A stretch of 64,000 nt of DNA from Malacoraja senta (GCA_038087875.1 CM075990.1:6636001-6700000); one strand, 5' to 3'. Shown: positions 12,662 through 23,500, numbered from the stretch's first letter. Program-made: numbers and translations. Notes: a model not told the origin generated them from the letters alone.

Positions 12662-13158
12662 TCTTTTTTTAAAAATTATTCATCACTCATTGCAACAATA
12701 TATACAAATCAAAACAATACTGAACAAACCCACCACCATATTACAAAATCACCCAAATATCTAAACAAATATTCTTATATACTATTCTTATATACTTTTT
12801 GTTGGTATTTTGTTGGTTCACATGCTTGATCAATGGTGTTTTATCATTAATGTTTTATTATTATTAATGTTTCGTGTTTTCTGAGTCATTCGTAACTGTC
12901 ACTGTATGTCATGTTGTTACTTGTGGGCGGAGCACCAAGGCAAATTCCTTGTATGTGAATACTTGGCCAATAAACTTACTTACTTACTTATAACTTATAA
13001 TTAAATATACTATTAAACAACTACTGTATATCACAATCCTTGTCAAGGATGCATTCCACCCCCTGCGGTGCCCAGCGGTCCTGGAAATCCCCCAGGACGC
13101 CTGTGGACAGCGCATAGTCCCTTTCTAGTACCACCCGGGCGCGGACATAACCCCAGAA
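12662..13158 (-). mobile_element. Tx1-like LINE 3' end (ORF2 C-terminus, 3' UTR, poly-A)
   Basis: GYVRARVVLERDYALSTG..FQDRWAPQGVECILD resembles fish Tx1 ORF2 ends; T-run at ~12664; 10-bp TSD CAGGATTGAA at 12652-12661 and 13159-13168. Confidence 0.8.
12797..12990 (+). mobile_element. Short retroposon 3' tail with (TTAC)n nested in the Tx1 UTR
   Basis: caaattccttgtatgtgaatacttggccaataaacttacttacttactta, opposite in orientation to its host. Confidence 0.6.
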
Positions 13159-13499
13159 CAGGATTGAACTTTGGTCTCTGAAGTTGTGAGGCAGTGGCTT
13201 CACTAACTGCACGACCGTGCCACCCTTTGTAGTATCTGCTGGCCAGAACTTGATTATTTCTGAGCTGTTGATTGCCATGGCCTGAGTAAAACAGCTTCAA
13301 TTCCATTTGAAGATCTGATCACAGGGTTTAATAGCATGCAAACCACAATGTAACAACTTGGCTCTAAAAGAGGCAAAACACATCAGGAGTAAAACTATGG
13401 CAAAGGCAAAGCTCTGAAAAATAACGTGACAATAATGCAATGAGGTTTTCAGCTCATAAGTTTTCAGCTTGTGGAAATAGTGCAAAACCATGCTGGGAA

Positions 13500-14020
13500 A
13501 TAGACATACAGCGCAGAAACAGGCCCTTCAGTCCAGAGTCCCTGCTAACATTCAACACTTTAGAGTTTAGAGATGCAGCACGGAAACAGGCCATTCGGCC
13601 CAACGGGTCCGCGCGGACCAGCGATCCCCGCACATTAACACTATCCTACACACACTAGGGACAATTTTTTTACATTTGCCTAGCCAATTAACCAACATAC
13701 CTGTACATCTTTGGAGTGTGGGAGACAGCACCCGTAGTCGGGATGGAACCCGGGTCTCCGGCGTTGCAAGCGCTGAATGACAACAACTCTACCGCTGCGC
13801 CACCGTGCCGCCCAATATACTCTATATATACACTAATCCCATACTGACCCCATTTTATTTTCTCCATTTACTGCAACCTATTGATCCACCACACCAGCGC
13901 ATCTCGGTATGTGGGAGGAAACTGGGGGACCTGCAGTAAACCCACTTGTTCACAGGGAGAACGTGCAAACTCCACATAGACAGCACCAGAGGTCAGGATT
14001 GAACCCAGATCACTGGAGAT
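13500..14020 (-). mobile_element. Nested V-SINEs (younger copy ~13560-13812 inside an older copy)
   Basis: Two SINE tails (13500 and 13560) and two B-box ends (~13745 and ~14000). Confidence 0.8.
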
Positions 14021-14029
14021 CCAACTTGG

Positions 14030-14312
14030 GGTTGGCATGCTGGTGCAGCAGTAGAGTTGCAGCCTTAGAGCGCTTCTGGCGCCAGAGACCCGGGTTCGAT
14101 CCTGGCTACAGGTGCTTGTCTGTACGGAGTTTGTACGTTGTCCCCGTGACCTGCGTGGATATTCTCCGAGAACTTTGGATTCCTCCCACACTCCAAAGAT
14201 GTATAGGTTTGTCGGTTATTTGGCTTGGTGTAAATGTAAAAATTGTCCCTAGTGTAGGATAGTGTTACTGTGCGGGGATCGCTGGTGGGTGCGGACTCTC
14301 TAAACTAAATTA
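14030..14312 (+). mobile_element. V-SINE (HE1-like)
   Basis: tggtgcagcagtagagttgc, gggttcgatcctg, V-core, ctctaaactaaa tail. Confidence 0.9.
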
Positions 14313-14844
14313 AATGCTGCTGTCCTCCCCACAAACTTCAATGAAGTTAAAGCTAAATATGTATGAAAAATAAATATGTAATTGGAAGAAATATGATTAC
14401 AAAACTCAGTGAAGGTTTCTGATAAACTAAGGTGCTGTCTTTTACTTGAATTAGACTGGAAATTTCCCACTCACTCAACTGTTACTTTTGTGACATCCAG
14501 CATTAAAACAGTAGTGTCGGCCGCAAACAGTCTAATTCAGGAAAGACCAACATTGAGCCGACAAGTTTTGTTTGTTTGCTCTGAGATTTTGCTTGATTTC
14601 CACCATCACTCAAAGTTTCAATTTCCCCTTTACTGTGGCAACGTGGAATGTTTCCAGGAGTGAAGACACTCGGGACTGTAAACCCCGGGCAATTTCCTCT
14701 GCCTCAGCCTGGGGACATTGAGGCTAATTAAAATGGACATGTACGGTGCTGGCTGCTGCTAGTCAACACAGCAAAGAACAGTTGTCAGTCCCAGCAACGT
14801 CTATGACTTCAGGGGCTGTGTGTTACATGCAACTCCGAGTTACA

Positions 14845-15140
14845 TGTGGACCCGGCTTGGGGGGGGGGGGCGCCGTGAGGGAGGGGGGGAAGAACAATGG
14901 ACAATGGAGGACCCAGCGTGCGGGGACCGCTGTGTGGGAGGGGGAGGGGGAGGGGAACAAAGGGCCCAGCGTGAGGGAACCACTGTGGAGGTGAGGGAGG
15001 GGGGAGGGAGAACAAAGGAGGAGCCGGCGTACTTTGTAACTTTGCCCGCACCTTAGGTGGCCGCTATTTGTATACCGTTTGTGTGTGCAAGCAAAAAAAT
15101 TCACTGTGCACGTGACAAGAAAGTATTCCATTCCATTCCA
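14845..15140 (+). mobile_element. G-rich non-autonomous retroposon-like repeat with (ATTCC)n tail
   Basis: gaacaatggacaatggaggaccc...ggagccggcgtactttgtaactttg...ggtggccgctatttgtatacc; inverted second copy at 27425-27640. Confidence 0.7.
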
Positions 15141-15294
15141 ACTCAATCTCTCCATTGTATGCATGGGAGAGCAGTGCCCATGTACGGTTTAGACGAGCTA
15201 TCACGAAGCAGGCAGTGCTGGAATATGAGGCCAACTACAACCAAAATCATGGCAAGCATGTACACGCTAATGAAGCACCTTCTGCAATTACGCT

Positions 15295-15790
15295 CCTGTC
15301 TGGCAGAAGGTACACTAGCTTGAAAACCTGCACCACCAGACACAGGAGCAGCTTCTTCCCCACTGTTATGATTAGTTCGGGTATCAGAGGTAATGGGGAG
15401 AAGGCAGGAGAATGGGGTTAGGAGGGAGAGATAGATCAGCCATGATTGAATGGCGGAGTAGACTCGATGGGCTGAATGGCCTACTTCTACTCCTATCACT
15501 TATGACCTTAAGACCTTAAGACTTCTCAACGATCCTTTCAGAAACTAGGATACGATGCTGGTTTTCCAATGTAATCCCATTGAGGACTTTTTCTCTGGAA
15601 TTGTTACACAACAATGCTGAGAGAGTTACTCCAGCTTTTTGTGTCTATCTCGTTTTAAACCAGCATCTGCAGTTCCTTCCTACACAATATCTTTCCCTTT
15701 GCTCTAACTTTTGCACTTGTGTTTGTCTTGATTGTATTCATGTATAGTATTGGCTGATTTGAAAGGCAAATAAAGGCTTTTCACTGTGAG
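15295..15790 (+). mobile_element. Rex1-like 3' pieces interrupted by a CR1 tail (~15375-15520) and a Penelope-derived piece (~15620-15685)
   Basis: tctggcagaaggtacactagcttgaaaacctgcaccaccagacacaggagcagcttcttccc; CR1 tail ending cttatgacc; ccagcatctgcagttcc. Confidence 0.65.
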
Positions 15791-16402
15791 GAAAAGACCA
15801 CCAAGTGCTGGAGTAACTCAGCGGGTCATGTAGCATCTCTGGAGAATGTGGATAGGTGTCGTTTCAGGTCTTCAGACTGGAGAGGGGTCCTGACCCAAAA
15901 TGTCACATATCCATGTTCTCCAGAACTACTTTAAAAAAAAAAATCAAAATAAACTTTATTCCAAATAAAAAAATATATACAAAACCAAGAACTGTGCAAA
16001 AATTCTTCCGACATTCTTGAAGGGTATACACACATTCATTAGCGTCGTAGGGTCACGACACGGAAGGGACGTCACGACCGCGGTGCCACAGGTGCGGTCC
16101 GGGCTGTCGCCGAGGGAGGAAGGACAGAGCCGCGGCTCGAGAGGCTAACAGAGGCTAAGAGGTTTGCCACGCACTGCAAGGGAGCAGTGGACCAGACAGG
16201 AAGAGCGGACGGAATTACTACTAGACAGCCAAACCAGTAGGTAATTTACGGCTGGGGTGAGTACTTTCCCATTTATAGGAGGTAGGATTATATAAATAAG
16301 GGGTGTATCAATAGGAGGTAGGATTATATAAATAAGGGGTGTATCAATATAGTAATCCGGGTAGGGGATTCTTAAATAGGACCAGTTAATTACTTATATA
16401 AG

Positions 16403-17365
16403 ATGGGCGGCCAGGAGATGTGCCAAAACTGTGAGATGTGGGAATTTGTCGACACCATTGATGTAGATGATGTAGATGATCCCTACAGCTGCAGTAAGTG
16501 TTTGAGGCTAGCGGAACTCGAGCTCCGCATTGAGGAGCTGGAGACCCAACTTCATACGCTGCGGTACATCAGGGAGGGGGAGTATTACCTGGATGTTTTG
16601 TGCCAGGGGATGGTCACACCGACCAGTTTAACTAATTCAGTAGTGAGTGAGCAAGGAAAGGAAGGTGTGGCCATAAGCGAGGCAGGTAGGGGGAACCAGG
16701 AGGAGATGCGGCAGGAGCCACAGCCCTTGTTCCTGACGAGCATGACCGAGGCTCTTACTCAATGTGAGGACGGGATCAGGGGCTGTGGGAGGGATGAGCA
16801 ACCTGGCTGCAGCACCGTGGATCAGGGGGACATTCAAGAGGGGGGAGTTAGAAGAAATGCCGTTGTGATAGGGGATAGTATTATTCGGGGGGTAGATAAG
16901 GTTCTCTGCGGCCAGCAGAACATGTCCCGAAGGCTGTGCTGCCTACCCGGTGCTAGGGTTAAGGATATCTCTGCGATGCTGGAGAGAAATTTGCAGAGGG
17001 AGGGGGAGGATCCAGTGGTCGTGGTCCATGTGGGGACCAATGACATAGGAAGGACGAGGAAGGAGGATCTGCTGAAGGAGTTTGAGCAGTTAGGGAATAA
17101 ATTAAAAAGCAGAACCTCGAGGGTACTGATCTCCGGATTGCTACCTGAGCCACGGGCCAAATCGGCGAGAGTACGTAAAATTAAAAAGCTGAATGCGTGG
17201 CTCAAAGACTGGTGTGGGAAAAATGGGTTTGGTTTCTTGGGCCACTGGCACCAGTACTGGGACAGGGGGGATCTGTTCTGTAAGGACGGACTTCACCTGA
17301 ACGGTGCTGGGACTGGGGTCCTGGCAAATCATATAACTAGGGCAGTAGAGAGGTCTTTAAACTAA
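16403..17365 (+). CDS. CR1 ORF1p: zinc finger, coiled coil and SGNH/GDSL esterase
   Basis: CQNC..CSKC, heptad LAELELRIEELETQL, GDS, PGA, HVGTND, DGLHL; ATG to TAA uninterrupted. Confidence 0.92.
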   Translation: MGGQEMCQNCEMWEFVDTIDVDDVDDPYSCSKCLRLAELELRIEELETQLHTLRYIREGEYYLDVLCQGMVTPTSLTNSVVSEQGKEGVAISEAGRGNQEEMRQEPQPLFLTSMTEALTQCEDGIRGCGRDEQPGCSTVDQGDIQEGGVRRNAVVIGDSIIRGVDKVLCGQQNMSRRLCCLPGARVKDISAMLERNLQREGEDPVVVVHVGTNDIGRTRKEDLLKEFEQLGNKLKSRTSRVLISGLLPEPRAKSARVRKIKKLNAWLKDWCGKNGFGFLGHWHQYWDRGDLFCKDGLHLNGAGTGVLANHITRAVERSLN

Positions 17366-20348
17366 GTAGCGGGGGGGAGGTATCAAGGGTGGTAATAACG
17401 GCAGGGGTAGAGGAAATAGAGCAGGGTATCAGTGGGGAAACGGAAAATCAAAATGTGACAGGAGGATCCAGAATGTGTGAAGATAAAGCTCTAGATGTAA
17501 AAGAGGCAAAAACAGAAAGGAAGGGTAGTAAAAATCATCTGAAAGTGCTGTATCTAAATGCACGGAGTATTCGAAATAAGATAAATGAATTAACGGTGCA
17601 ATTAAGTATATATAGTTATGATATCGTGGCCATTACGGAGACATGGCTGCAAGGGGATCAGGACTGGGAGTTAAATATAGAGGGGTACTCGACAATTAGA
17701 AAAGATAGACAGGAAAGAAAGGGAGGAGGGGTGGCCCTTTTAATAAGGGAGGGAATAACGGCAATAGAGAGGAAGGATATTGCGTTGAAGGATCAGGATA
17801 GTGAAACAGCTTGGGTACAGATAGAGAATAACAAGGGGAAAAAAACACTAGTGGGTGTAATTTATAGACCTCCAAATAGCTGTGACGCTGTTAGTCAGAA
17901 CATAAATCTGCAAATAGTTGACGCATGTAAAAAGGGAACTGCTGTAATCATGGGGGACTTCAATTTTCATATTAATTGGGCAAACCAAACTGGGCAGGGT
18001 AGACTAGAGGAAGAGTTTATAGAATGTATTAGAGACGGGTTCCTAGAACAGTATGTCACAGAACCGACAAGGGGGGAGGCAATCTTGGATCTGGTCCTGT
18101 GTAATGAAGCAGGATTAATTAAAAATGTCATAGTTAGGGACTCGTTGGGAACAAGTGACCACAATATGGTCGAATTCCATATTCAAATAGAAGGGGAGCA
18201 GGTTGAAACTCAGGCTAGGGTACTTAGTCTAAATAAGGGGGATTATGAAGGTATGAGGACTGAGCTGATCAAAGTTGACTGGGATAGCAGACTCAAGAAT
18301 AAGACGGTACATGAGCAGTGGTGTACGTTTAAGGATCTACTGTATAACCTTCAAGAAAAATTTATTCCTATGAAGAAAAAAGGGGTAAGGGTAAGAACAG
18401 TCAGCCATGGCTCAGTAAAACTATAAAGGATAGTATTCGGCTGAAGGCAAGGGCATATAAGGTAGCCAGAGATAGTGGGAGGGTAGAGGATTGGGAAGCA
18501 TTTAAAGGTCAGCAAAAAATAACTAAGAGATTAATTAAGACGGGGAAAATAGACTATGAAAGGAATTTAGCGAACAACATAAAAACTAATAGTAAGAGTT
18601 TTTATAGCTATATAAAAAGAAAAAGGGTGGCTAAGGTGAACGTTGGTCCATTGGAGGGTGAGACTGGAGAGTTGTTGGTGGGGAACATGGAAATGGCAAA
18701 GGCATTAAACGAGTATTTTGTATCAGTCTTCACCATAGAAGACACAAAAAATATTCCAACGCTGGATAAACAGGGGGCGGTAGGAATGGAGGAGCTAAAT
18801 ACTATTAAGATCACCAAGGAGGTGGTATTAGGGAAATTAATGAGACTGAAGGAGGATAAATCCCCTGGGCCTGATGGATTACATCCAAGGGTCTTGAGGG
18901 AGATAGTGGTGGGGATTGTGGATGCATTGGTGATAATTTTCCAAAACTCCCTGGAGGCAGGAACGGTCCCAGTGGATTGGAAAATGGCCAATGTAACACC
19001 TATATTTAAAAAAGGAAGTAAACAGAAGGCGGGTAACTATAGACCGGTTAGTCTAACATCGGTGGTGGGTAAAATGTTAGAGACAATTATTAAAGAAACA
19101 CTAACGGGGCACTTGGATAAACATGACTTCATCGGACAGAACCAGCATGGCTTTGTGAAGGGGAAGTCCTGTTTAACGAATCTGCTCGAATTCTTTGAGG
19201 AAGTAACAACCCGGGTGGATAAAGGGGAACCGGTGGATGTGGTATACTTGGACTTCCAAAAGGCTTTTGACAAGGTGCCACATAAGAGACTATTGCTAAA
19301 AATAAAAAATTATGGGATTGGGGGTAATATATTAGCATGGGTAGAGGATTGGCTAACAAATAGGAAGCAAAGAGTGGGGATAAATGGTTCATATTCGGGA
19401 TGGCAACCGGTAACTAGCGGGGTTCCGCAAGGGTCGGTGCTGGGACCCCAGTTGTTCACAATTTATATAAATGATTTGGAGGAGGGAACCAAGTGTAATA
19501 TATCAAAATTTGCGGACGATACAAAAATGGGAAGAAAAGTAGGGGATGAGGAGGATAGGAAGAGTCTGCAAAAGGATATAGATAAGCTAGGTGAGTGGGC
19601 AACAACTTGGCAGATGAAATTTAATACTAATAAATGTGAAGTCATTCACTTTGGGAAAAAAAATGATAGGGCAAGTTATTTTCTAAATAAGGAGGAGCTG
19701 CGTTGTAATGCAACGCAAAGGGATCTAGGGGTAGTAGTACATGAATCACTAAAAGTTAGTATGCAGGTGCAGCAAGCTATCAGGAAGGCCAATGGAGTTT
19801 TGGCCTTTATTGCTAGGGGGATTGAGTATAAAAACACGGAGGTCTTGCTGCAGCTGTACACAGTATTAGTGAGACCACATTTGGAATACTGTGTACAGTT
19901 CTGGGGTCCATACTTAAGAAAGGATGTACTGGCCCTGGAGGCAGTGCAGCGAAGGTTTACAAGATTAATTCCTGCAATGAGGGGATTGACATATGAGGAA
20001 AGGTTAAGTAGGCTGGAACTCTACTCTTTGGAGTTTAGAAGAATGAGAGGCGATCTCATTGAAACATATAAGATCGTGAGGGGCCTTGATCGGGTGGATG
20101 CACCGAGGATGTTCCCAATGATAGGGGAAACTAGAACTAGGGGACATAGTTGCAGAATAAGGGGGGGCTCTTTTAAAACTGAGATGAGGAAGAACTTCTT
20201 CACCCAGAGGGTGGTTAATTTATGGAATTCACTGCCCCAGGGAGCAGTGGAAGCAGAAACATTAAATATATTTAAGTCTAAAATAGATGGTTTTTTAGCT
20301 GCCAAGGGGATAATGGGCTACGGGGAGAGGGCAGGGATATGGACCTAG
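17356..20348 (+). pseudogene. CR1 ORF2 (APE endonuclease plus RT) with a single 1-nt frameshift at ~18375-18385
   Basis: YLNARS, ITETWL, YRPP, MGDFN, LDLVL, SDHN; SPGPDG, NYRPVSLTS, LDFQKAFD, GVPQGSVLGP, FADD, RPHLEY. Confidence 0.93.
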
Positions 20349-21334
20349 GTAGGGTTAGTATAGTAAGACCTGAGTGATCTCCTGGACAAGTGTCGATCGC
20401 CTGGATTGGGGTCGGAGAGGAATTTCCCGGATTTTTTTCCCGAATTGGACCTGGGTTTTTATCCGGTTTTTTGCCTCCCCCAGGAGATCACGCGGTTCTT
20501 GGGGTGGAGAGGGGTGATAGCGGTATAAAGGGGAGGGTAGTGTCTTGTGTTCTGTGTCTTGTGTCTACTGTTTGTGGGTAGGGGTGTCTGTTTGGTGTTC
20601 AGCCATGAGCGAATGGCGGTGCGGGCTCGATGGACCTGGTGGTCTACTCTCGCACCTACTTTCTATGATTCTATGATTCTATGTATCAATGTTCCCAGAA
20701 ATATCATTTTACCCGGCACCCTTGGATTCAAGAGGCCCCCTGGGGTGATATCCCTTCCCTTGTTTGTGGGGCGTCTACACCATACCTGCCTCTCAATGTC
20801 CAGCAGCGGAAGGACCCGAGACTGTGGTCCTCCCCCACAGAGCCTTGGCGTTGGCTGCATCGAGCTTCAATGCGTCCCTCAGCATGTACTCCTGCAGTCT
20901 GCAGCGGGCCAGTCAGCAACATTCCCCGACGGACACACTGCCTGACCAGCTGAGTTGCTCGAGCACTTTGTGTCTTTTTTTGTAAACCAGCATCTGCAGT
21001 TCCTTTCTCATAGCTTTTCGCTTAACGTGACAATAATAAACCTAAACTTTTATAGTCAGGCCTGAATAATAAGCTGTTTGCTGACACCACGTTCGGATGT
21101 GCTGTTGTGTTGTGAGTGGGAAGGGGAGGAGGGGACTGCAGTTGTTCTTCAGGTCCCTGGATCAGGAGAGAGGAGCAATGGCACATGAGAATTAATTTGT
21201 CTTTGTACCTCAGGCTATGCTGCAGGTGTTTCTGTGGAAAGAAACCAGTGCAGGGCCGTGGCTAAGACACGGTTCCACACGGGTGCCCCTGAGTGCAGGA
21301 GCAGAATGCTGACTGGAGCTCTGAGGGCTTTAAA

Positions 21335-21845
21335 CGTTAGACTTGTAGACATTAGATGTGCAGCGCAGAAACCGGCGCTTTGTCCCACTGAATCCGCGCA
21401 GACCTGCGATCACCACGTCCGCTAACACTATCCTACACACCAGAGACAAGTTACAATTTACACAAGCCAATTAACCTACAAACCTGTACATCTTTGGAGT
21501 GTGGGAGGAAACCGGAGCACCTGGAGAAAACCCATGCGGTCACAGGGAGAACGTACAAACTCCCTACAGACAGCACCCGTGGATAGGATTGAACCCGGGT
21601 CTCCGGCGCTGTAAAGCAGCAACTCTACAGGGCCTGTCCCACTTGGGCGTCATTTGCACGTCACGCAGATGGCCGCAAAGATTTTGTACATCCCAAAATC
21701 CTGGGGCGCCGCCCATCAATGCCTACATCACCACGCACCATGTATGCGTAATGCGCATCATGCGCGCATCACGTGTGCGTCATGACGCGTAAATGATGTC
21801 GCGTAAATGACGCCCAAGTGGGACAGACCCTTACCGCTGCATCGC
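21335..21845 (-). mobile_element. V-SINE interrupted by a MITE
   Basis: gcagcaactcTAC[MITE]TACcgctgc reconstitutes the SINE head ggcagcaactctaccgctgc. Confidence 0.88.
21629..21831. mobile_element. PIF/Harbinger-like MITE, subfamily 1
   Basis: TIR AGGGCCTGTCCCACTTGGGCGTCATTT...AAATGACGCCCAAGTGGGACAGACCCT; 3-bp TSD TAC. Confidence 0.88.
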
Positions 21846-22027
21846 TGAGTTTAGTCATTAAAGGAGGGTGGCAGCAGAGTCCCTTTTAATATGGAACCTG
21901 AACCAGGGCCGCTGTTACAGGTGTCCTGACCATAGTTTCTATGCAAATCCCTCATTCTATCCACCAAGAATTTGAACAGGGCCAAAGAATTGCCAAAAAA
22001 AGACACTACTTGAGGATCTCAGATGAT

Positions 22028-22358
22028 GAGGCAGCATCTCTGGAGAACATGGATAGCTGACGTTTCAGGTCGGGACCCTTCTTCAGACCTATATTCTGCA
22101 CTCTGGTATCTTTCTCTTCACTCTCCCTTTGGTACTTGTATTTAGCTTGAATGTATTCATGTATAGTAATGTCTGATGTGTAGTATCGCAAGCAAACAAA
22201 ATATATTTACTGTACCTCGATTAATGTCTGAAGAATGGTCCCGACCCAAAACGTCACCTATCCATGATCTCTGGAAATCCTGCCAGACCCATTGAGTTAC
22301 TCCATCACTTTGTCTCTCTTTTTTTTTGAAAAACAGCATCTGCAGTTCCTTGTATCTA
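22028..22358. mobile_element. Inverted pair of Penelope-derived hammerhead-like repeats with a Rex1-like tail piece between the arms
   Basis: gacgtttcaggtcgggacccttcttcagac (minus) and gtctgaagaatggtcccgacccaaaacgtcacc (plus). Confidence 0.75.
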
Positions 22359-22768
22359 TGAATGAACATGCCACACGAGTGCAGAATGTAATGTGACTGG
22401 GTTGTTAGGTGACTACTCTCACTAGGTGTATTAACAAGTGCTCTTAACACATGGTGGAAATTACAGAGACCCCTCCAGTCAACCAGCTGAAAACAGGAGA
22501 CTGCAGCACAAGTTGCGGAAAGATAATTCAAAAAGAGTTTGTGAGGTTTGTCACGGACTGATAATTTTTAAGGCTGTTTATGTCTGGGAATTCTACAGGG
22601 CAGGAACACTGATGATTTAGTTTTGAAAGGTTTAGCCGGACTATTTATTTGTTAACAGCTTGAATCGGAAACCATTTGTAATTGTTACCCATATGGTGGC
22701 TCACCGATACTATATTGAGTTGAGTTTAGTTTTGTTTAGTGAACCAGGCAGAACCAGGCCCTTCGACT

Positions 22769-23500
22769 ATTATTATCGGGCAGATTATTATCTCAATGGG
22801 GTTAGGTTAGGTAAGGGGGAGGTGCAGCGAGACCTGGGCGTCCTTGTACACCGGTCACTGAAAGTTGGCGTGCAGGTACAGCAGGCAGTGAAGAAAGCTA
22901 ATGGAATGTTGGCCTTCATAACAAGAGGATTTCAGTACAGGAGTAAAGAGGATCTTCTGCAGTTGTATAGGGCTCTGGTGAGACCACATCTGGAGTATTG
23001 TGTACAGTTTTGGTCTCCTAATTTGAGGAAGGACATCCTTGTGATTGAGGCAGAGCAGCGTAGGTTCACGAGATTGATCCCTAGGCTTGTATTCACTGGA
23101 GTTTAGAAGGTTGAGGGGGAATCTTATAGAAACATATAAAATTATAAAAGGACTGGACAAGCTAGATGCAGGCAAAATGTTCCCAATGTTGGGCGAGTCC
23201 ACAACCAGGGGCCACAGTCTTCGAATAAAGAGGAGGTCATTTAAGACTGAGGTGAGAAAAAACGTTTTCACCCAGAGAGTTGTGAATTTATGGAATTCCC
23301 TGCCACAGAGGGCAGTGAAGGCCACTGGATGGATTTAAGAGAGAGAGATAGAGCTCTAGGGGCTGGTGGAGTCAAGGGATATGGGGAGAAGGCAGGCACG
23401 GGTTATTGATAGGGGACGATCAGCCATAATCACAATGAATGGCGGTGCTGGCTCAAACGGCCGAATGGCCTCCTCCTGCACCTATTTTCTATGTTTCTAT
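22769..23500 (+). mobile_element. CR1 3' fragment inserted in a minus-strand SINE tail
   Basis: ADYYLNG..RDLGV..RPHLEYCVQFW; internal deletion near 23082; (TTTCTATG)n tail; GACT duplicated at 22765-22768 and 23501-23504. Confidence 0.9.

Larger units (their letters stand above)
12425..13225 (-). mobile_element. Older V-SINE split by a Tx1 insertion (parts 12425-12661 and 13159-13225)
   Basis: SINE B-box region caggattgaa is present on both sides of the insertion; the head continues at 13159. Confidence 0.75.
16042..20683 (+). mobile_element. Apparently full-length CR1 LINE
   Basis: GC-rich 5' UTR, intact ORF1, ORF2 with one frameshift, 3' (TTCTATGA)n tail at 20661-20683. Confidence 0.95.
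15930..20937 (-). mobile_element. Tx1-like LINE 3' end split by CR1 (parts 15930-16041 and 20684-20937)
   Basis: Minus strand of 20819-20935 reads ECC.LARCRLQEYMLRDALKLDAANAKALWGRTTV (Tx1-type C-terminus); minus-strand aataaagtttatttt near 15950. Confidence 0.8.
15795..21008. mobile_element. Palindromic Penelope-derived unit split by nested insertions (parts 15795-15925 and 20938-21008)
   Basis: tatccatgttctccaga resumes as ctgcctgaccagctgagtt at 20938, reconstituting the consensus ctccagagatgctgcctgacc. Confidence 0.7.

Noticed and set aside
16403..17365. Host GDSL/SGNH lipase gene
   Set aside because: Intronless and directly upstream of an APE-RT ORF; it is the esterase-type ORF1 of CR1.
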